Below, one piece after another: positions 31,835-40,956 of a stretch of DNA of 40,956 nt. The DNA is from a virus, in IMG/VR virus record IMGVR_UViG_3300045988_162559, one strand, 5' to 3'. Every line of letters begins with the position of its first letter. The first letter of the stretch is position 1. The notes beneath the pieces were generated by a model. The model had not been told where the DNA came from and searched no databases. It saw only the letters and a program-made list of their open reading frames with translations. A program made the translations under genes and the position numbers.

Positions 31835-32621
31835 AGTTTATTGTCATATATCCCCAAGTAATAAAGTTTATATCGGGATAACTCAGCAAGGAGTCAATAA
31901 AAGATGGCAAAATGGAAAAGGATACAAAGAAAACCAATATTTTTATAGAGCTATCCAAAAATATGGATGGGATAATTTTCAACATGAAATACTATTTGAA
32001 AATTTAACGAAACAAGAAGCAGAAAAAAAAGAAATAGAATTGATAAAAAAATATGATAGCACGAATATAAATAAAGGATACAACATATTAGAGGGTGGTA
32101 ATGCAACTTCCGGCTTAAAAGGTGAATTAAATGGAATGTACGGAGTTCATAGATACGGAAAAGAAAATCCTAACTATGGTAAAAAACATAGTGCTGAAAG
32201 TAGGGAAAAAATTAGTAAAAATCATGCTAATATGAAAGGTGGGAATAATCCTAATGCAAAAGCAATAAGAAATAAATCAACAGGTGAAATTTTCCCATCT
32301 GCAAGAGAGGCAAGTGAAAAATACGGAGTTACTCCTAGTGCAATATCATCTTCTATCAGAAGAGTAAATAAATGTGTTGGATGTTATTGGGAATATATAG
32401 ACGATCCTCAAAAAATTGAAAACATAGAAAAAATGGTAAAGGAAAGAATAACAGGCAGAAAAGGGTATAAAGTTAGAAATATTGAAACCGGAGAGGTTTT
32501 TAGAAGTCTAGCACAAGCAGGAAAAACAATCAATAAAGGGCCTGAATCAATAAGCAGAGCTATAAAAAGAAAAGGTAAAAGTGGCGGATATCATTGGGAA
32601 TATGTATTAGAAAAAGGTTAA
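31824..32621 (+). CDS. Free-standing GIY-YIG homing endonuclease with NUMOD3-like repeats, between terS and terL
   Basis: YKVYCHISPSNKVYIGIT...RW..GKGY...YFYRAIQKYGWDNF...GYNILEGG. Repeats NGMYGVHRYGKENPNYGKKHS. The likely start MNYKVY at 31824 overlaps the terS stop; the track ORF begins at 31809. Confidence 0.8.
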   Translation: MNYKVYCHISPSNKVYIGITQQGVNKRWQNGKGYKENQYFYRAIQKYGWDNFQHEILFENLTKQEAEKKEIELIKKYDSTNINKGYNILEGGNATSGLKGELNGMYGVHRYGKENPNYGKKHSAESREKISKNHANMKGGNNPNAKAIRNKSTGEIFPSAREASEKYGVTPSAISSSIRRVNKCVGCYWEYIDDPQKIENIEKMVKERITGRKGYKVRNIETGEVFRSLAQAGKTINKGPESISRAIKRKGKSGGYHWEYVLEKG

Positions 32622-32627
32622 ATATTA

Positions 32628-34277
32628 ATGAAATATATTAGAGAATATCTTGAAATTATAAAAAAAGAACCTTTTACAATGTGCAAAGAACAAAAAAAAT
32701 TCGCTACATTTATTGAATATGTATTAGAAACTGAAAAAGATAATTTATATATAGATGAAAAAAAAGTTGAAAAATATATGAGTTATATAAAATATTTTGA
32801 ATTTGACCTATTCCCTTGGGAAAAGTGCTTACTTGTTCTTTGCCTTTGTTTATATACAAAAGATTATAATTTACCAAGGTTTGATACTTCATTTATATTA
32901 GTAGGTCGAGGGGCAGGTAAAAATGCTTTCATAAGTTTTCTTACATTTTGCCTTTTGACCGAAACTAACGGTATTCGTAATTATAATATAGATATAATAG
33001 CTAACTCAGAATCACAGGCTACTACAAGTTTCAACGATGTATATAATGTATTAACTAAACCTAGCGTAAAAACAAAAATGAAAAGAAATTTTTATTGGAA
33101 TAAGGAATGTATCACTAATTTAAGAACTAAAAGTCAATTAAGGTATAAAACAAGTAATGCTAAGAGTGCGGATGGATTAAGACCAGGGGCTATTATATTT
33201 GATGAAATACATGAATATGCTAATTTTGATTTATTAAACGTACATACTACTGGACTGGGGAAAGTTAAAGACCCAAGGATATTTTACATAACAACAAATG
33301 GTTATGTAAGAGACAGTGTTTTAGATGATTTATTGGATACTTCACTAAAAATATTGGATTTTCAACAAGAAGATAATGGCATGTTACCATTCATATGTAG
33401 ACTTGACGATATGGATGAAGTACATGATGAAAAAAACTGGTTTAAAGCAAACCCATCTTTATATTATAGACCAGGATTATTAAAACAAATAAAAAAAGAG
33501 TATGTAAATTATAAAAAAAATCCATATATAAACAGTTCATTCATGACCAAAAGAATGAATTTACCTATGGCAAAAACTAAAGATATAGAAGTTACTTCTT
33601 GGGAAAATATATTAGCAACAAATAAAGAAATACCAAATTTAGAAGGTGCAAGTTGTACTATAGGATTTGACTATACTAAAGTTAATGACTTTTTAACAGT
33701 AGGATTATTGTTCCTTAAAGGTGGAGTTTATTATTGGATTAGCCATAGTTGGTTTTGTATTAATTCAAGAGATAAAGATAGAATAAAAGCACCTTTAGAA
33801 GAATGGCAAGAGAAAGGATTATTGACTATAGTCAATGATATTGAAATTAATCCAGATATTCCTTGTGAATGGGTACAAGAACAGTTAACAAAATACAATT
33901 GTGTAAAAACTGGGATAGATAATTTTAGATTGGCATTGCTATCTAAATCACTTAAAAAAATTGGAATAGATGCATCTGATAAAGAACAGGTTAAAATAAT
34001 CAGGCCAAGTGATATTATGAAGATTGTACCAGTTATAGATAGTTTATTTAATAACCATCAAATTGTATGGGGAGATAATCCTTTAATGAGGTGGTTTACA
34101 AATAATACAAAGTTAACTGATAAGACTTTAGGAAACTATGTATATGACAAGATAGAACCTAAGAGTAGAAAAACAGATGGATTTATGGCCTTTGTTCATG
34201 CTATGATTGCTGCACAAGATACATTAGAGGATGAGGATAATTCAGAATTATTCTTTATGCCACCATTAGTATTTTAA
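32628..34277 (+). CDS. terL: Terminase large subunit
   Basis: 549 aa. VGRGAGKNAF (Walker A-like), IIFDEIHE (Walker B) and a C-terminal nuclease region. Confidence 0.9.
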   Translation: MKYIREYLEIIKKEPFTMCKEQKKFATFIEYVLETEKDNLYIDEKKVEKYMSYIKYFEFDLFPWEKCLLVLCLCLYTKDYNLPRFDTSFILVGRGAGKNAFISFLTFCLLTETNGIRNYNIDIIANSESQATTSFNDVYNVLTKPSVKTKMKRNFYWNKECITNLRTKSQLRYKTSNAKSADGLRPGAIIFDEIHEYANFDLLNVHTTGLGKVKDPRIFYITTNGYVRDSVLDDLLDTSLKILDFQQEDNGMLPFICRLDDMDEVHDEKNWFKANPSLYYRPGLLKQIKKEYVNYKKNPYINSSFMTKRMNLPMAKTKDIEVTSWENILATNKEIPNLEGASCTIGFDYTKVNDFLTVGLLFLKGGVYYWISHSWFCINSRDKDRIKAPLEEWQEKGLLTIVNDIEINPDIPCEWVQEQLTKYNCVKTGIDNFRLALLSKSLKKIGIDASDKEQVKIIRPSDIMKIVPVIDSLFNNHQIVWGDNPLMRWFTNNTKLTDKTLGNYVYDKIEPKSRKTDGFMAFVHAMIAAQDTLEDEDNSELFFMPPLVF

Positions 34278-34294
34278 AAGGAGGTGAGAAAATT

Positions 34295-35440
34295 GTGAGT
34301 ATAAAAACATGGATTATGGATTTTTTAGGGGCAAATATTAATAAAGGCAAAATAGTAGATGATGTAATAGAAAATGAACTACAAGAAATATACTATAAAG
34401 AATTAGCAATTCAAACAGCTATAACTTTAATATCAAACGCAATATCAAAGTGTGAAATTAAAGTATATGAAGAAAATAAAGAAGTAAAAAATAAACTCTA
34501 CTATACTTTAAATGTTGAAGCTAATAAAAATGAAAATAGCAGTCAACTTTGGCATAAAGCTATAGAAAAAATGATTTATAGAAATGAAAGTTTATTAATT
34601 AATATAAATGAAGATTTTTATTGTGCTGATAGTTATGCGTGTGATGAATATCCTATTAAAGGGAATATTTATAAAGGAATTTCTGTAGGAAATTTACAAC
34701 TAAACAGAACATTTAAAAGTGATGAAGTATTAAGACTACAATTAAATAATGCTCATATAAAAAAATTAATTGATAGATTATACGAACAGTATGGAGAATT
34801 ATTATCTTATGCTGCTAAAAACTATAAAAAAAGCAATGGAACAAAATATAAGTTAATTTTAGACCAAGTCAAAGCATCAGATGAAAAATTCCAAGAAACT
34901 TATAGAGAAGTTGTTCAAAAGCAATTAAAAGATTTTATAGAAAATGAAAATGCAGTATACCCACAGTACAAAGGATATGATTTGCAAGATGTTTCTCCAA
35001 CTGCGAATAAAGATAGTTCTGATTTTAGGAATTTAAGAAAGGAAATGTTTGAGATAGTAGCACAAGCATTTCAGATACCAGTAAGTTTAATGCTAGGTAA
35101 TATTACTAACATGAATGAAATAACAAAAACATTCCTTACATTTTGTATAGATCCAATAGCAGATATGATTTCAGAAGAAATTACTAGAAAAACATCAGGT
35201 AATTATAATAATTGGGTTAAAGGAAATTATGTAAAAGTAGATACATCAACTATTAACCATATAGACATATTAGATGTTGCTGAAAAAGCCGATAAACTAA
35301 TAGCATCTGGAACATGCTGTATTGATGAGGTAAGAGAAATAATAGGATTTGATAAACTTAATACTGAATTTAGTATGAAACATTTTATAACTAAGAACTA
35401 TGATACAGCAGAAAATAGGCTAATAGGTGATGAACAATGA
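34295..35440 (+). CDS. Portal protein (HK97 family-like)
   Basis: 381 aa, positioned after terL. GTG start after AAGGAGGTGA. Confidence 0.8.
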   Translation: MSIKTWIMDFLGANINKGKIVDDVIENELQEIYYKELAIQTAITLISNAISKCEIKVYEENKEVKNKLYYTLNVEANKNENSSQLWHKAIEKMIYRNESLLININEDFYCADSYACDEYPIKGNIYKGISVGNLQLNRTFKSDEVLRLQLNNAHIKKLIDRLYEQYGELLSYAAKNYKKSNGTKYKLILDQVKASDEKFQETYREVVQKQLKDFIENENAVYPQYKGYDLQDVSPTANKDSSDFRNLRKEMFEIVAQAFQIPVSLMLGNITNMNEITKTFLTFCIDPIADMISEEITRKTSGNYNNWVKGNYVKVDTSTINHIDILDVAEKADKLIASGTCCIDEVREIIGFDKLNTEFSMKHFITKNYDTAENRLIGDEQ

Positions 35441-35460
35441 ACAATTAGAAGGAAATACAA

Positions 35461-35492
35461 TAGAGAGTGAATAAATCACCCTCTATTTTTAT
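35461..35492. terminator. Hairpin terminator after the portal gene; it overlaps the 3' end of the minus-strand RHH gene
   Basis: tagagagtga-ataaa-tcaccctcta (9 of 10 pairs) followed by ttttta. Confidence 0.65.
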
Positions 35493-35640
35493 AACTATTT
35501 AATAATAAAGTAATAGCTTTATCTAACAATTTAGATATTGGAATGCCCGTATCTTTAGAAAGTTGTTTTAGTTTTATTAATAATTTAGTATCAACTGCAT
35601 TAGATATAGGAGTTCTGTTTTTTAAATCTTTATTTGCCAT
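35476..35640 (-). CDS. 54-aa ribbon-helix-helix-like protein (MANKDLKNRTPISNAVDTKLLIKLKQLSKDTGIPISKLLDKAITLLLNSYKNRG)
   Basis: This is the only minus-strand ORF in the morphogenesis module and is below the track size cutoff. The beta-strand/helix/helix pattern is typical of CopG/Arc-type regulators. Confidence 0.5.
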   Translation of the reverse strand: MANKDLKNRTPISNAVDTKLLIKLKQLSKDTGIPISKLLDKAITLLLNSYKNRG

Positions 35641-35674
35641 ATTATCACCTCAAAAAAATTATAGCATTCTAAAT

Positions 35675-35709
35675 AAGTCCTTGCAAGTCCTTGGACATAA
35701 TGATATAAT
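35675..35709 (+). promoter_or_regulatory. Promoter TTGCAA-17-TATAAT with tandem AAGTCCTTG boxes (35675..35683, 35685..35693) over the -35
   Basis: -35 at 35681..35686 and -10 at 35704..35709. The direct repeat has a 10-bp period. Confidence 0.6.
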
Positions 35710-35732
35710 ATAATTAGAAAACAAATAAAAGG

Positions 35733-36623
35733 GTGATTAACGTGGAAGAAAGAGATTATAAATTATATGTTCATATAAGTCCGAGCGATAAAAGATACTA
35801 TGGCATAACTAAAATGGAAGTTAAAAATAGATGGCACAAAGGAAGTGGTTACAAAGGAAATCAATATTTTTATAGAGCAATAGAAAAGTATGGCTGGAAT
35901 AATTTCATACATGAAGTATTATTTGATAACTTAACTAAAGAGGAGGCCTGTCTATTAGAACAAATGTATATAGCTTTATATGATACTTCTAATCCAAGGA
36001 AAGGATATAATTTAACTCTTGGTGGAGAGGGGACTGTTGGAAGAACTTTTAAAATGTCAGAAGAAACCAAAAGAAAAATAAGCGAAGCACAAATGGGTGA
36101 AAAAAATCATAGATATGGTAAAGGATATTTACAAACAGGGGAAAATAACCCTATGTATGGCAAAGATGGGTATTGGAAAGGCAAACATCTTCCTCAAGAA
36201 ATAAGAGATAAAATAAGTAAAAGAAAAAAAGGGAAAAAACCGATAATATCAGAAGAACTTAGAAAAATAAAAATCAAAAATTTTAGTGGTAAAAATAACC
36301 CTATGTATGGCATACATAGATATGGCGAAGAAAATCCTTTCTATGGTAAGCATCATACAGAAGAAACTAAGAAAAAAATAAGTGAAGCTAGAAAAGGAAA
36401 ATATTGTAGAGAAAATAATCCTAATTATGGTAAAAGAATAACAGAAGAACAAAAGAAAAAAATAAGTGAAGCAAATAGTAAAAAAGTAAAATGCATTGAA
36501 ACTGGTGAAATTTTTAATAGTATAAAAGAAGTTTCATTATTGAATGGTGTTAGTAGCACTGCAATATGTAATTCTATAAAAAAAGGTACAAAATCATGTG
36601 GTTATCATTGGATGTATGCATAG
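35733..36623 (+). CDS. Free-standing GIY-YIG homing endonuclease with NUMOD3-like repeats and a C-terminal NUMOD1-like HTH, between the portal and the prohead protease
   Basis: YKLYVHISPSDKRYYGIT...RW.KGSGY...YFYRAIEKYGWNNF...GYNLTLGGEG. Repeats NPMYGK / NPFYGKHHTEETKKKIS. C-terminus KKVKCIETGEIFNSIKE. Confidence 0.8.
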   Translation: MINVEERDYKLYVHISPSDKRYYGITKMEVKNRWHKGSGYKGNQYFYRAIEKYGWNNFIHEVLFDNLTKEEACLLEQMYIALYDTSNPRKGYNLTLGGEGTVGRTFKMSEETKRKISEAQMGEKNHRYGKGYLQTGENNPMYGKDGYWKGKHLPQEIRDKISKRKKGKKPIISEELRKIKIKNFSGKNNPMYGIHRYGEENPFYGKHHTEETKKKISEARKGKYCRENNPNYGKRITEEQKKKISEANSKKVKCIETGEIFNSIKEVSLLNGVSSTAICNSIKKGTKSCGYHWMYA

Positions 36624-36630
36624 AAAATGG

Positions 36631-36661
36631 AAAAGAAGCCTTTAAACAGCTTCTTTTTTTA
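36631..36661 (+). terminator. Terminator after the GIY-YIG cassette
   Basis: aaaagaagc-ctttaaaca-gcttctttt followed by a T run. Confidence 0.7.
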
Positions 36662-36690
36662 TTTGGATTATTAAGAAAGGAGGTGATACA

Positions 36691-37455
36691 ATGAAAAAAT
36701 ATTATTCTTTAGTACAGAATAGTAATCAAGCTGACTTGTATATTTATGGTGATATTACTAGCTATCCATATCTTGAAAATGATGTATCAAGTTATAATTT
36801 AATTCAAGAACTTAATGGGATAAAAGCTGACACTATAAATGTATATATATCATCATATGGAGGGGAATGTAAGGAAGGTTTAGCAATTTATCAAGCATTA
36901 AAAAGACATTCAGCAAAAATAACAACTATTTGCGATTCTTTCTGTGCTTCAATAGCTAGTGTTATATTTATGGCTGGAGACGAAAGGATTATGTCTAATA
37001 CTGGATTACTATTTATACATAATGCTTGGGTTGAAACTTGTGGTGATTCTAATAAATTAAAAAAGGAAGCAGAAGCATTAGAAAAAATCACTCAAGCAAG
37101 TATAACAGCTTATATGGAACATATTAATATAAGCGAAGAAGAACTAAAACAAATGCTTGATGATGAAACTTGGATAACTCCACAAGAGGCAATTGAAAAA
37201 GGATTTATTACAGCTATAGTAAATGAAAAAGAAGCTGAAGAAGTTAGTCAGTCAGTTAAAAAATCATTAATGGAAGTAATTTTAAATTCTAAATCTAAAA
37301 AAGATGATGAAGACAAGAAAAAATGTCAAGATCAAGATGATGATAACAAAGATTTAGATAAAAATGATGATGAAGATGATAAAGAAAAAGATGATAAGAC
37401 TGACGATAAAGAAAAAGAACTTGTAAGTTCTTTTTTTAATGCAATAAAAGATTAA
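36691..37455 (+). CDS. ClpP-like prohead (head maturation) protease with an acidic low-complexity C-terminal tail
   Basis: ISSYGGECKEGLAIYQAL...CASIASVIFMAGDERIMSNTGLLFIHNAW. The tail is KKDDEDKKKCQDQDDDNKDLDKNDDEDDKEKDDKTDDKEKE. Confidence 0.8.
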   Translation: MKKYYSLVQNSNQADLYIYGDITSYPYLENDVSSYNLIQELNGIKADTINVYISSYGGECKEGLAIYQALKRHSAKITTICDSFCASIASVIFMAGDERIMSNTGLLFIHNAWVETCGDSNKLKKEAEALEKITQASITAYMEHINISEEELKQMLDDETWITPQEAIEKGFITAIVNEKEAEEVSQSVKKSLMEVILNSKSKKDDEDKKKCQDQDDDNKDLDKNDDEDDKEKDDKTDDKEKELVSSFFNAIKD

Positions 37456-37474
37456 ATTTATAGGAGGTAGGCAA

Positions 37475-38674
37475 ATGTCTTTTTTAGGAAATAAAAAATT
37501 AAAACAACAAGAGGTTGCAACTAAAATGCAAACTGTATTAACTGGAGGAAATGAAGAAGAAATAAAACAAGCATGGATAGAATTCCAAAATGCTATAGTA
37601 GAAGATATAAAATCCGACTTTGAAGAATATCAACAAACTGGAGATAAAAATATATTAGCACAAAGAGGTTATAGACAATTAACTAGCGCTGAAGAAAAAT
37701 TCTATAATAAATTAATAGAAGCATCAAAAATGAGAAATGTTCAACAAGCTGTAACTACTTTAACTGACTTAACTGACAATAAATTAATGCCTGAAACAGT
37801 TATAGAAGATGTTTATAGGGATTTAGTTGAAGAACACCCATTATTAAGTAAAGTTAACTTCCAATCAGTAAGATATGCTACAAAATGCATATTTAATGAC
37901 CATACTAAACAAGCAGCAGTTTGGGGAGAAGTAGATGCAGAAATAACTAAAGAAATAACTTCAGCATTCAAAGTTATGGAAATGACTCAAAACAAATTAT
38001 CTGCTTTTGCAGTAATTCCTATGGGAATATTAGATTTAGGACCAACATTTTTAGATGGATATATAAGAGCAATATTAAAAGATGCTATAGCTGTAGCTTT
38101 AGAAGAAGCAATAGTTAAAGGCGATGGAAAAGGAAAACCAATTGGATTAATGAAGAAATTAACAGGAGCATTAGATGGTGTTTATCAAGATAAAACTGCA
38201 TTATCAGTAACAGATTTTGGTGTTAAATCCATGGGGGCTTTAATAGCTAAACTAGCTAAAAATGAAAAAGGTCAAAATAGACCAGTAAGAGGTTTAACAT
38301 TAATATGTAATGCTAATGATTACTATACTTTAGTAGCACCTGCTGTAAGAGTCCAAAATATGAGTGGGGCATATGTTGACAATTTTGCATTTCCTATGGA
38401 AGTAGTAATAAGTGAAGCAGTTCCTGCTGGAAAAGCAGTAATGGCTATGTTAGACAACTACTGGATGGGTGTAGGTTTTGCTAAAGATGGAGTAATAGAA
38501 TTTTCTGATGAATACAAATTCTTAGAAGACCAAAGAACATATAAAATAAAAACATATGGTGTTGGTAGAGCTATATGCGAAAATGATGCTTTAGTATTGG
38601 ACATAAGTGGATTAGGAGAAGCTGTTATACCTGTTAAAGTAAAAGGCACTGTATCTACTAAAGAACAAGCTTAA
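37475..38674 (+). CDS. Major capsid protein (HK97 family-like)
   Basis: 399 aa, directly after the protease, with RBS AGGAGG. The N-terminal delta-like region is followed by a capsid-type core. Confidence 0.8.
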   Translation: MSFLGNKKLKQQEVATKMQTVLTGGNEEEIKQAWIEFQNAIVEDIKSDFEEYQQTGDKNILAQRGYRQLTSAEEKFYNKLIEASKMRNVQQAVTTLTDLTDNKLMPETVIEDVYRDLVEEHPLLSKVNFQSVRYATKCIFNDHTKQAAVWGEVDAEITKEITSAFKVMEMTQNKLSAFAVIPMGILDLGPTFLDGYIRAILKDAIAVALEEAIVKGDGKGKPIGLMKKLTGALDGVYQDKTALSVTDFGVKSMGALIAKLAKNEKGQNRPVRGLTLICNANDYYTLVAPAVRVQNMSGAYVDNFAFPMEVVISEAVPAGKAVMAMLDNYWMGVGFAKDGVIEFSDEYKFLEDQRTYKIKTYGVGRAICENDALVLDISGLGEAVIPVKVKGTVSTKEQA

Positions 38675-38693
38675 TCAAAGAAGGTGATTTTAT

Positions 38694-38981
38694 ATGGATA
38701 ACCTTCTTCAAAGATTAAAAGAAAAATTAAATATTACATGGACAGAGGAAGAAACAGAAAATCGTCTACAAACAATTTTAAAAGATGCTGTATCCACTTT
38801 AGATTATAAATTAGGAGCAGATGTAGATTATTCTGAGGGTATGGAAAGAAATTTATTACTTAATTATTGCATGTATGCATGGAATAACTGTGAAAATGAA
38901 TTTGACGATAATTATTTTAACAACATTATGCAGCTAAGACAAAAGTATGAGGTGGAAAAAATGAAAAATGAAAGCAATTAA
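38694..38981 (+). CDS. Head-tail connector protein (gp6-like)
   Basis: 95 aa, first gene after the capsid gene. The call rests on typical size and position. Confidence 0.55.
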   Translation: MDNLLQRLKEKLNITWTEEETENRLQTILKDAVSTLDYKLGADVDYSEGMERNLLLNYCMYAWNNCENEFDDNYFNNIMQLRQKYEVEKMKNESN

Positions 38982-39309
38982 TTATAATGATGGTTATATA
39001 AGGATTTATAAAGAAAAAAACAAAGAAAGTGATTTCGGAGCTAGGGAGAATATAAAATCTATTGACGATTTGGAATTTATAGTTAAATTAGCATATAAAG
39101 AGTGCAGTAAAAGGCAACAAGATTTAGATTTTGCAGAAGCTAGAAATAGATCCTTAAGTTTGAAAATAAAAACAAGGTTTTATAAAAATATATCTAACTA
39201 TGATAAGGTTGTTATAAAAAATATTCTTTACGATATTGTGTACTTTGATATAGATAGAGAAAAGCAAGAAATTTACTTCTATTTGGAAGAGGTGAGAGAA
39301 ATTGCTTAA
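38968..39309 (+). CDS. Head closure / head-tail adaptor protein
   Basis: 113 aa. The call rests on position and size in the connector cluster. Confidence 0.5.
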   Translation: MKAINYNDGYIRIYKEKNKESDFGARENIKSIDDLEFIVKLAYKECSKRQQDLDFAEARNRSLSLKIKTRFYKNISNYDKVVIKNILYDIVYFDIDREKQEIYFYLEEVREIA

Positions 39310-39658
39310 TGACATAAAACAAGCATTAGAAAAATTAGGATATAAAGCTTATTATGGACGTTCACTGGCAAAACCAAATGATGATTGGAATTATTTTGTC
39401 TTTAATAAAAGTAGAACATCTAGATCAGGAACAAATAGAATGGATTATAACAAATATTATCAGGTACATTTTATTTGTGAAAATTATATAGAAGAAGATT
39501 TTGAATTTAAAATAATAAAACAAGTAACAAAAGATACAAAATTAAAATTAGCTGATACAGAAATTGTATTTAATTATACAACAAAAAATAATACTGATAG
39601 AGTAGTTGAAATTTGCACAATAGAATTTACAAAAGCTAAAAAAGGTTGTGAATTATAA
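39302..39658 (+). CDS. Head-tail joining / tail completion protein
   Basis: 118 aa. TTG start after GAGGTGAG. The call rests on position only. Confidence 0.4.
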   Translation: MLNDIKQALEKLGYKAYYGRSLAKPNDDWNYFVFNKSRTSRSGTNRMDYNKYYQVHFICENYIEEDFEFKIIKQVTKDTKLKLADTEIVFNYTTKNNTDRVVEICTIEFTKAKKGCEL

Positions 39659-40050
39659 TGGCAGGGATAAATTTTTCATTAGAGTATGAAGACGTACAGA
39701 AAATACAACAAGCTATAGGAAATTATGAAGATAAAGCTGAGGACGTAATAAATAAATACATACATGGAGAAGGAAAAGACAAGTTAATAAACTCTATACA
39801 TAATTGTATACCTGTATCTGATAGGAATAAAAAGCATGCAAGAGATGCAGATTCATTAACAAATAAAAATTTCAACTTAGGAATAAGAATTACAACAAAA
39901 CAAAAATATAATTACTTAGTATTCCCAATGACAGCCAGTGGGACAAGCCAAGGGAAAAGTGAAAAGCCATTCATGGAAGAAGGAGTTAAAAAAGTAAAAG
40001 ATAATGTCGTAAATGACATTCTAGATAAGTTAGGAGGTTTGAATATATAA
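39658..40050 (+). CDS. Tail component (HK97 gp10-like family suspected)
   Basis: 130 aa. ATGs overlap the neighbouring stops on both sides (translational coupling). It lies directly upstream of the major tail protein. Confidence 0.4.
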   Translation: MAGINFSLEYEDVQKIQQAIGNYEDKAEDVINKYIHGEGKDKLINSIHNCIPVSDRNKKHARDADSLTNKNFNLGIRITTKQKYNYLVFPMTASGTSQGKSEKPFMEEGVKKVKDNVVNDILDKLGGLNI

Positions 40051-40628
40051 TGGCTAGTTATGCTAAAGTGTACTCAGATTATGAAATAAAAGAAAGTGCT
40101 ATTAAATTTAATGGCGAAAATGAAATAGCAACAACAAAAGTTGGTTGCGTAGGATCTTTAACTGAAGAGATGGATGTAAGAACAGTAACAAAAAAATGTG
40201 AAGGTGTAGTAATAAAATCTAGAACTAGAGGAACTGGAACAGGAACATTAACTGTAAGTATGCATATGCTATGGAGTTTGTATGTGAAAGTATATGGAAT
40301 GATATTCACAGATAAACTTGCAGAAGGTGTATATGGATATGGTAAAGATAGTATCCATCCAGAATTTACATGGGTTGCTAAAGTGTTAGATGAAGATGGA
40401 ATAGAAAAGTATTTAGCATATCCAAATTGTGTTATAAATTCAGGAACAAGTAAAAAAATAGAAAATGGTTCTGATGAAGTGGCAGAAATTGAAATGACGA
40501 TTGCAGTATCTCCAGATGATCAAGGCTTTGGAAAATATGAATGTATGGCAAGTGAATTGGCTTCTGGTTCTGAAATTGCGACTAAATGGTTAACTTCATT
40601 TAATTTTGAATTAATAAAAAAAGCATAG
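40050..40628 (+). CDS. Major tail protein
   Basis: 192 aa. It is the last gene before the chaperone and TMP genes, which is the canonical order. Confidence 0.7.
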   Translation: MASYAKVYSDYEIKESAIKFNGENEIATTKVGCVGSLTEEMDVRTVTKKCEGVVIKSRTRGTGTGTLTVSMHMLWSLYVKVYGMIFTDKLAEGVYGYGKDSIHPEFTWVAKVLDEDGIEKYLAYPNCVINSGTSKKIENGSDEVAEIEMTIAVSPDDQGFGKYECMASELASGSEIATKWLTSFNFELIKKA

Positions 40629-40639
40629 AGGTATAAAAA

Positions 40640-40956
40640 ATGAAATGTACATTTAAAGAATTAACATTAGAAAATGGAGAAGTTATAAAATTAACTCTAA
40701 ATTTTGCTAGATTATTGCAGCTAAAGAATAAAAGAAAAAAAGAATATGAAGAATACAATAATATATATGTAAAAGAAGATAAAGATGCGACCTTTAGTTC
40801 AATCACGATTTTATATACAGCATATTTATGCGCTAATATAGAACAAGATGATAATACTTTAATGACTAAAGAAGAATTTATGGAAAATATACCACAAAGT
40901 TTTGTACTTATAAATAACTTAGCTAATGAATTAGCTAATCCAAAGCAAAAAAAAAT
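40640..40956 (+). CDS. Tail assembly chaperone (gpG-like), N-terminal part; it runs off the window end and continues at base 120
   Basis: ATG at 40640 after AGAGGTA. The frame is open to the window end, and 40838..40956 duplicates 1..119. Confidence 0.8.
   Translation, partial: MKCTFKELTLENGEVIKLTLNFARLLQLKNKRKKEYEEYNNIYVKEDKDATFSSITILYTAYLCANIEQDDNTLMTKEEFMENIPQSFVLINNLANELANPKQKK

Noticed and set aside
1-40956. tRNA, rRNA, reverse transcriptase/DGR, methyltransferase, toxin or antibiotic-resistance genes
   Set aside because: I found no cloverleaf-like T-arm/anticodon arrangement in the intergenic regions and no corresponding protein motif in the ORF set. This was a visual scan only and should be confirmed with tRNAscan-SE and profile searches.

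Overview
The window is a complete, circularly closed genome of a temperate siphovirus-like phage from a very AT-rich Firmicute, probably Clostridium-like. Bases 1..119 are identical to 40838..40956, so the unit length is 40,837 bp and the start point is arbitrary, inside the tail-chaperone gene. Almost every gene is on the + strand.

Gene order:
- Tail chaperone with a -1 frameshift, then a tape measure gene.
- Dit, a 1547-aa Tal carrying cell-wall hydrolase domains, and a 1065-aa receptor-binding protein with a GH16-like domain.
- A lysis cassette: XhlA, holin, Amidase_3 endolysin.
- An accessory island at 14453..17040.
- A large serine integrase (-), a CI-like repressor (-) and a back-to-back promoter switch.
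- Early genes: HUH Rep-like, VRR-NUC, nucleoid-associated-like, Bro-N/KilAC, MazG-like, SSB, two tandem sigma factors, YopX and a RinA/ArpU-like late activator.
- A lipoprotein, two HNH genes, then terS(P27)/terL/portal/ClpP protease/HK97 capsid/connector genes and the major tail protein.

Most notable observations:
1. The accessory island between lysis and integrase holds a translationally coupled replication-relaxation-like wHTH/nuclease-fold protein and a soluble FtsK/SpoIIIE-type ATPase. About 800 bp of structured non-coding DNA precedes it, containing five perfect GC-rich 10-bp tandem repeats, a 27-aa hydrophobic peptide gene and a nested inverted repeat. This is a candidate uncharacterised transfer, maintenance or exclusion system.
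2. The tape measure gene appears to be split by a group I-like intron carrying a GIY-YIG homing endonuclease.
3. There are five homing-endonuclease-type genes. One sits in a self-contained cassette with a divergent RHH gene and a tandem operator.
4. Downstream of the late activator lie four TTCAGAA boxes at an exact 11-bp phase, followed by a leader terminator.

All family calls come from motif recognition by eye. No database or HMM search was run.
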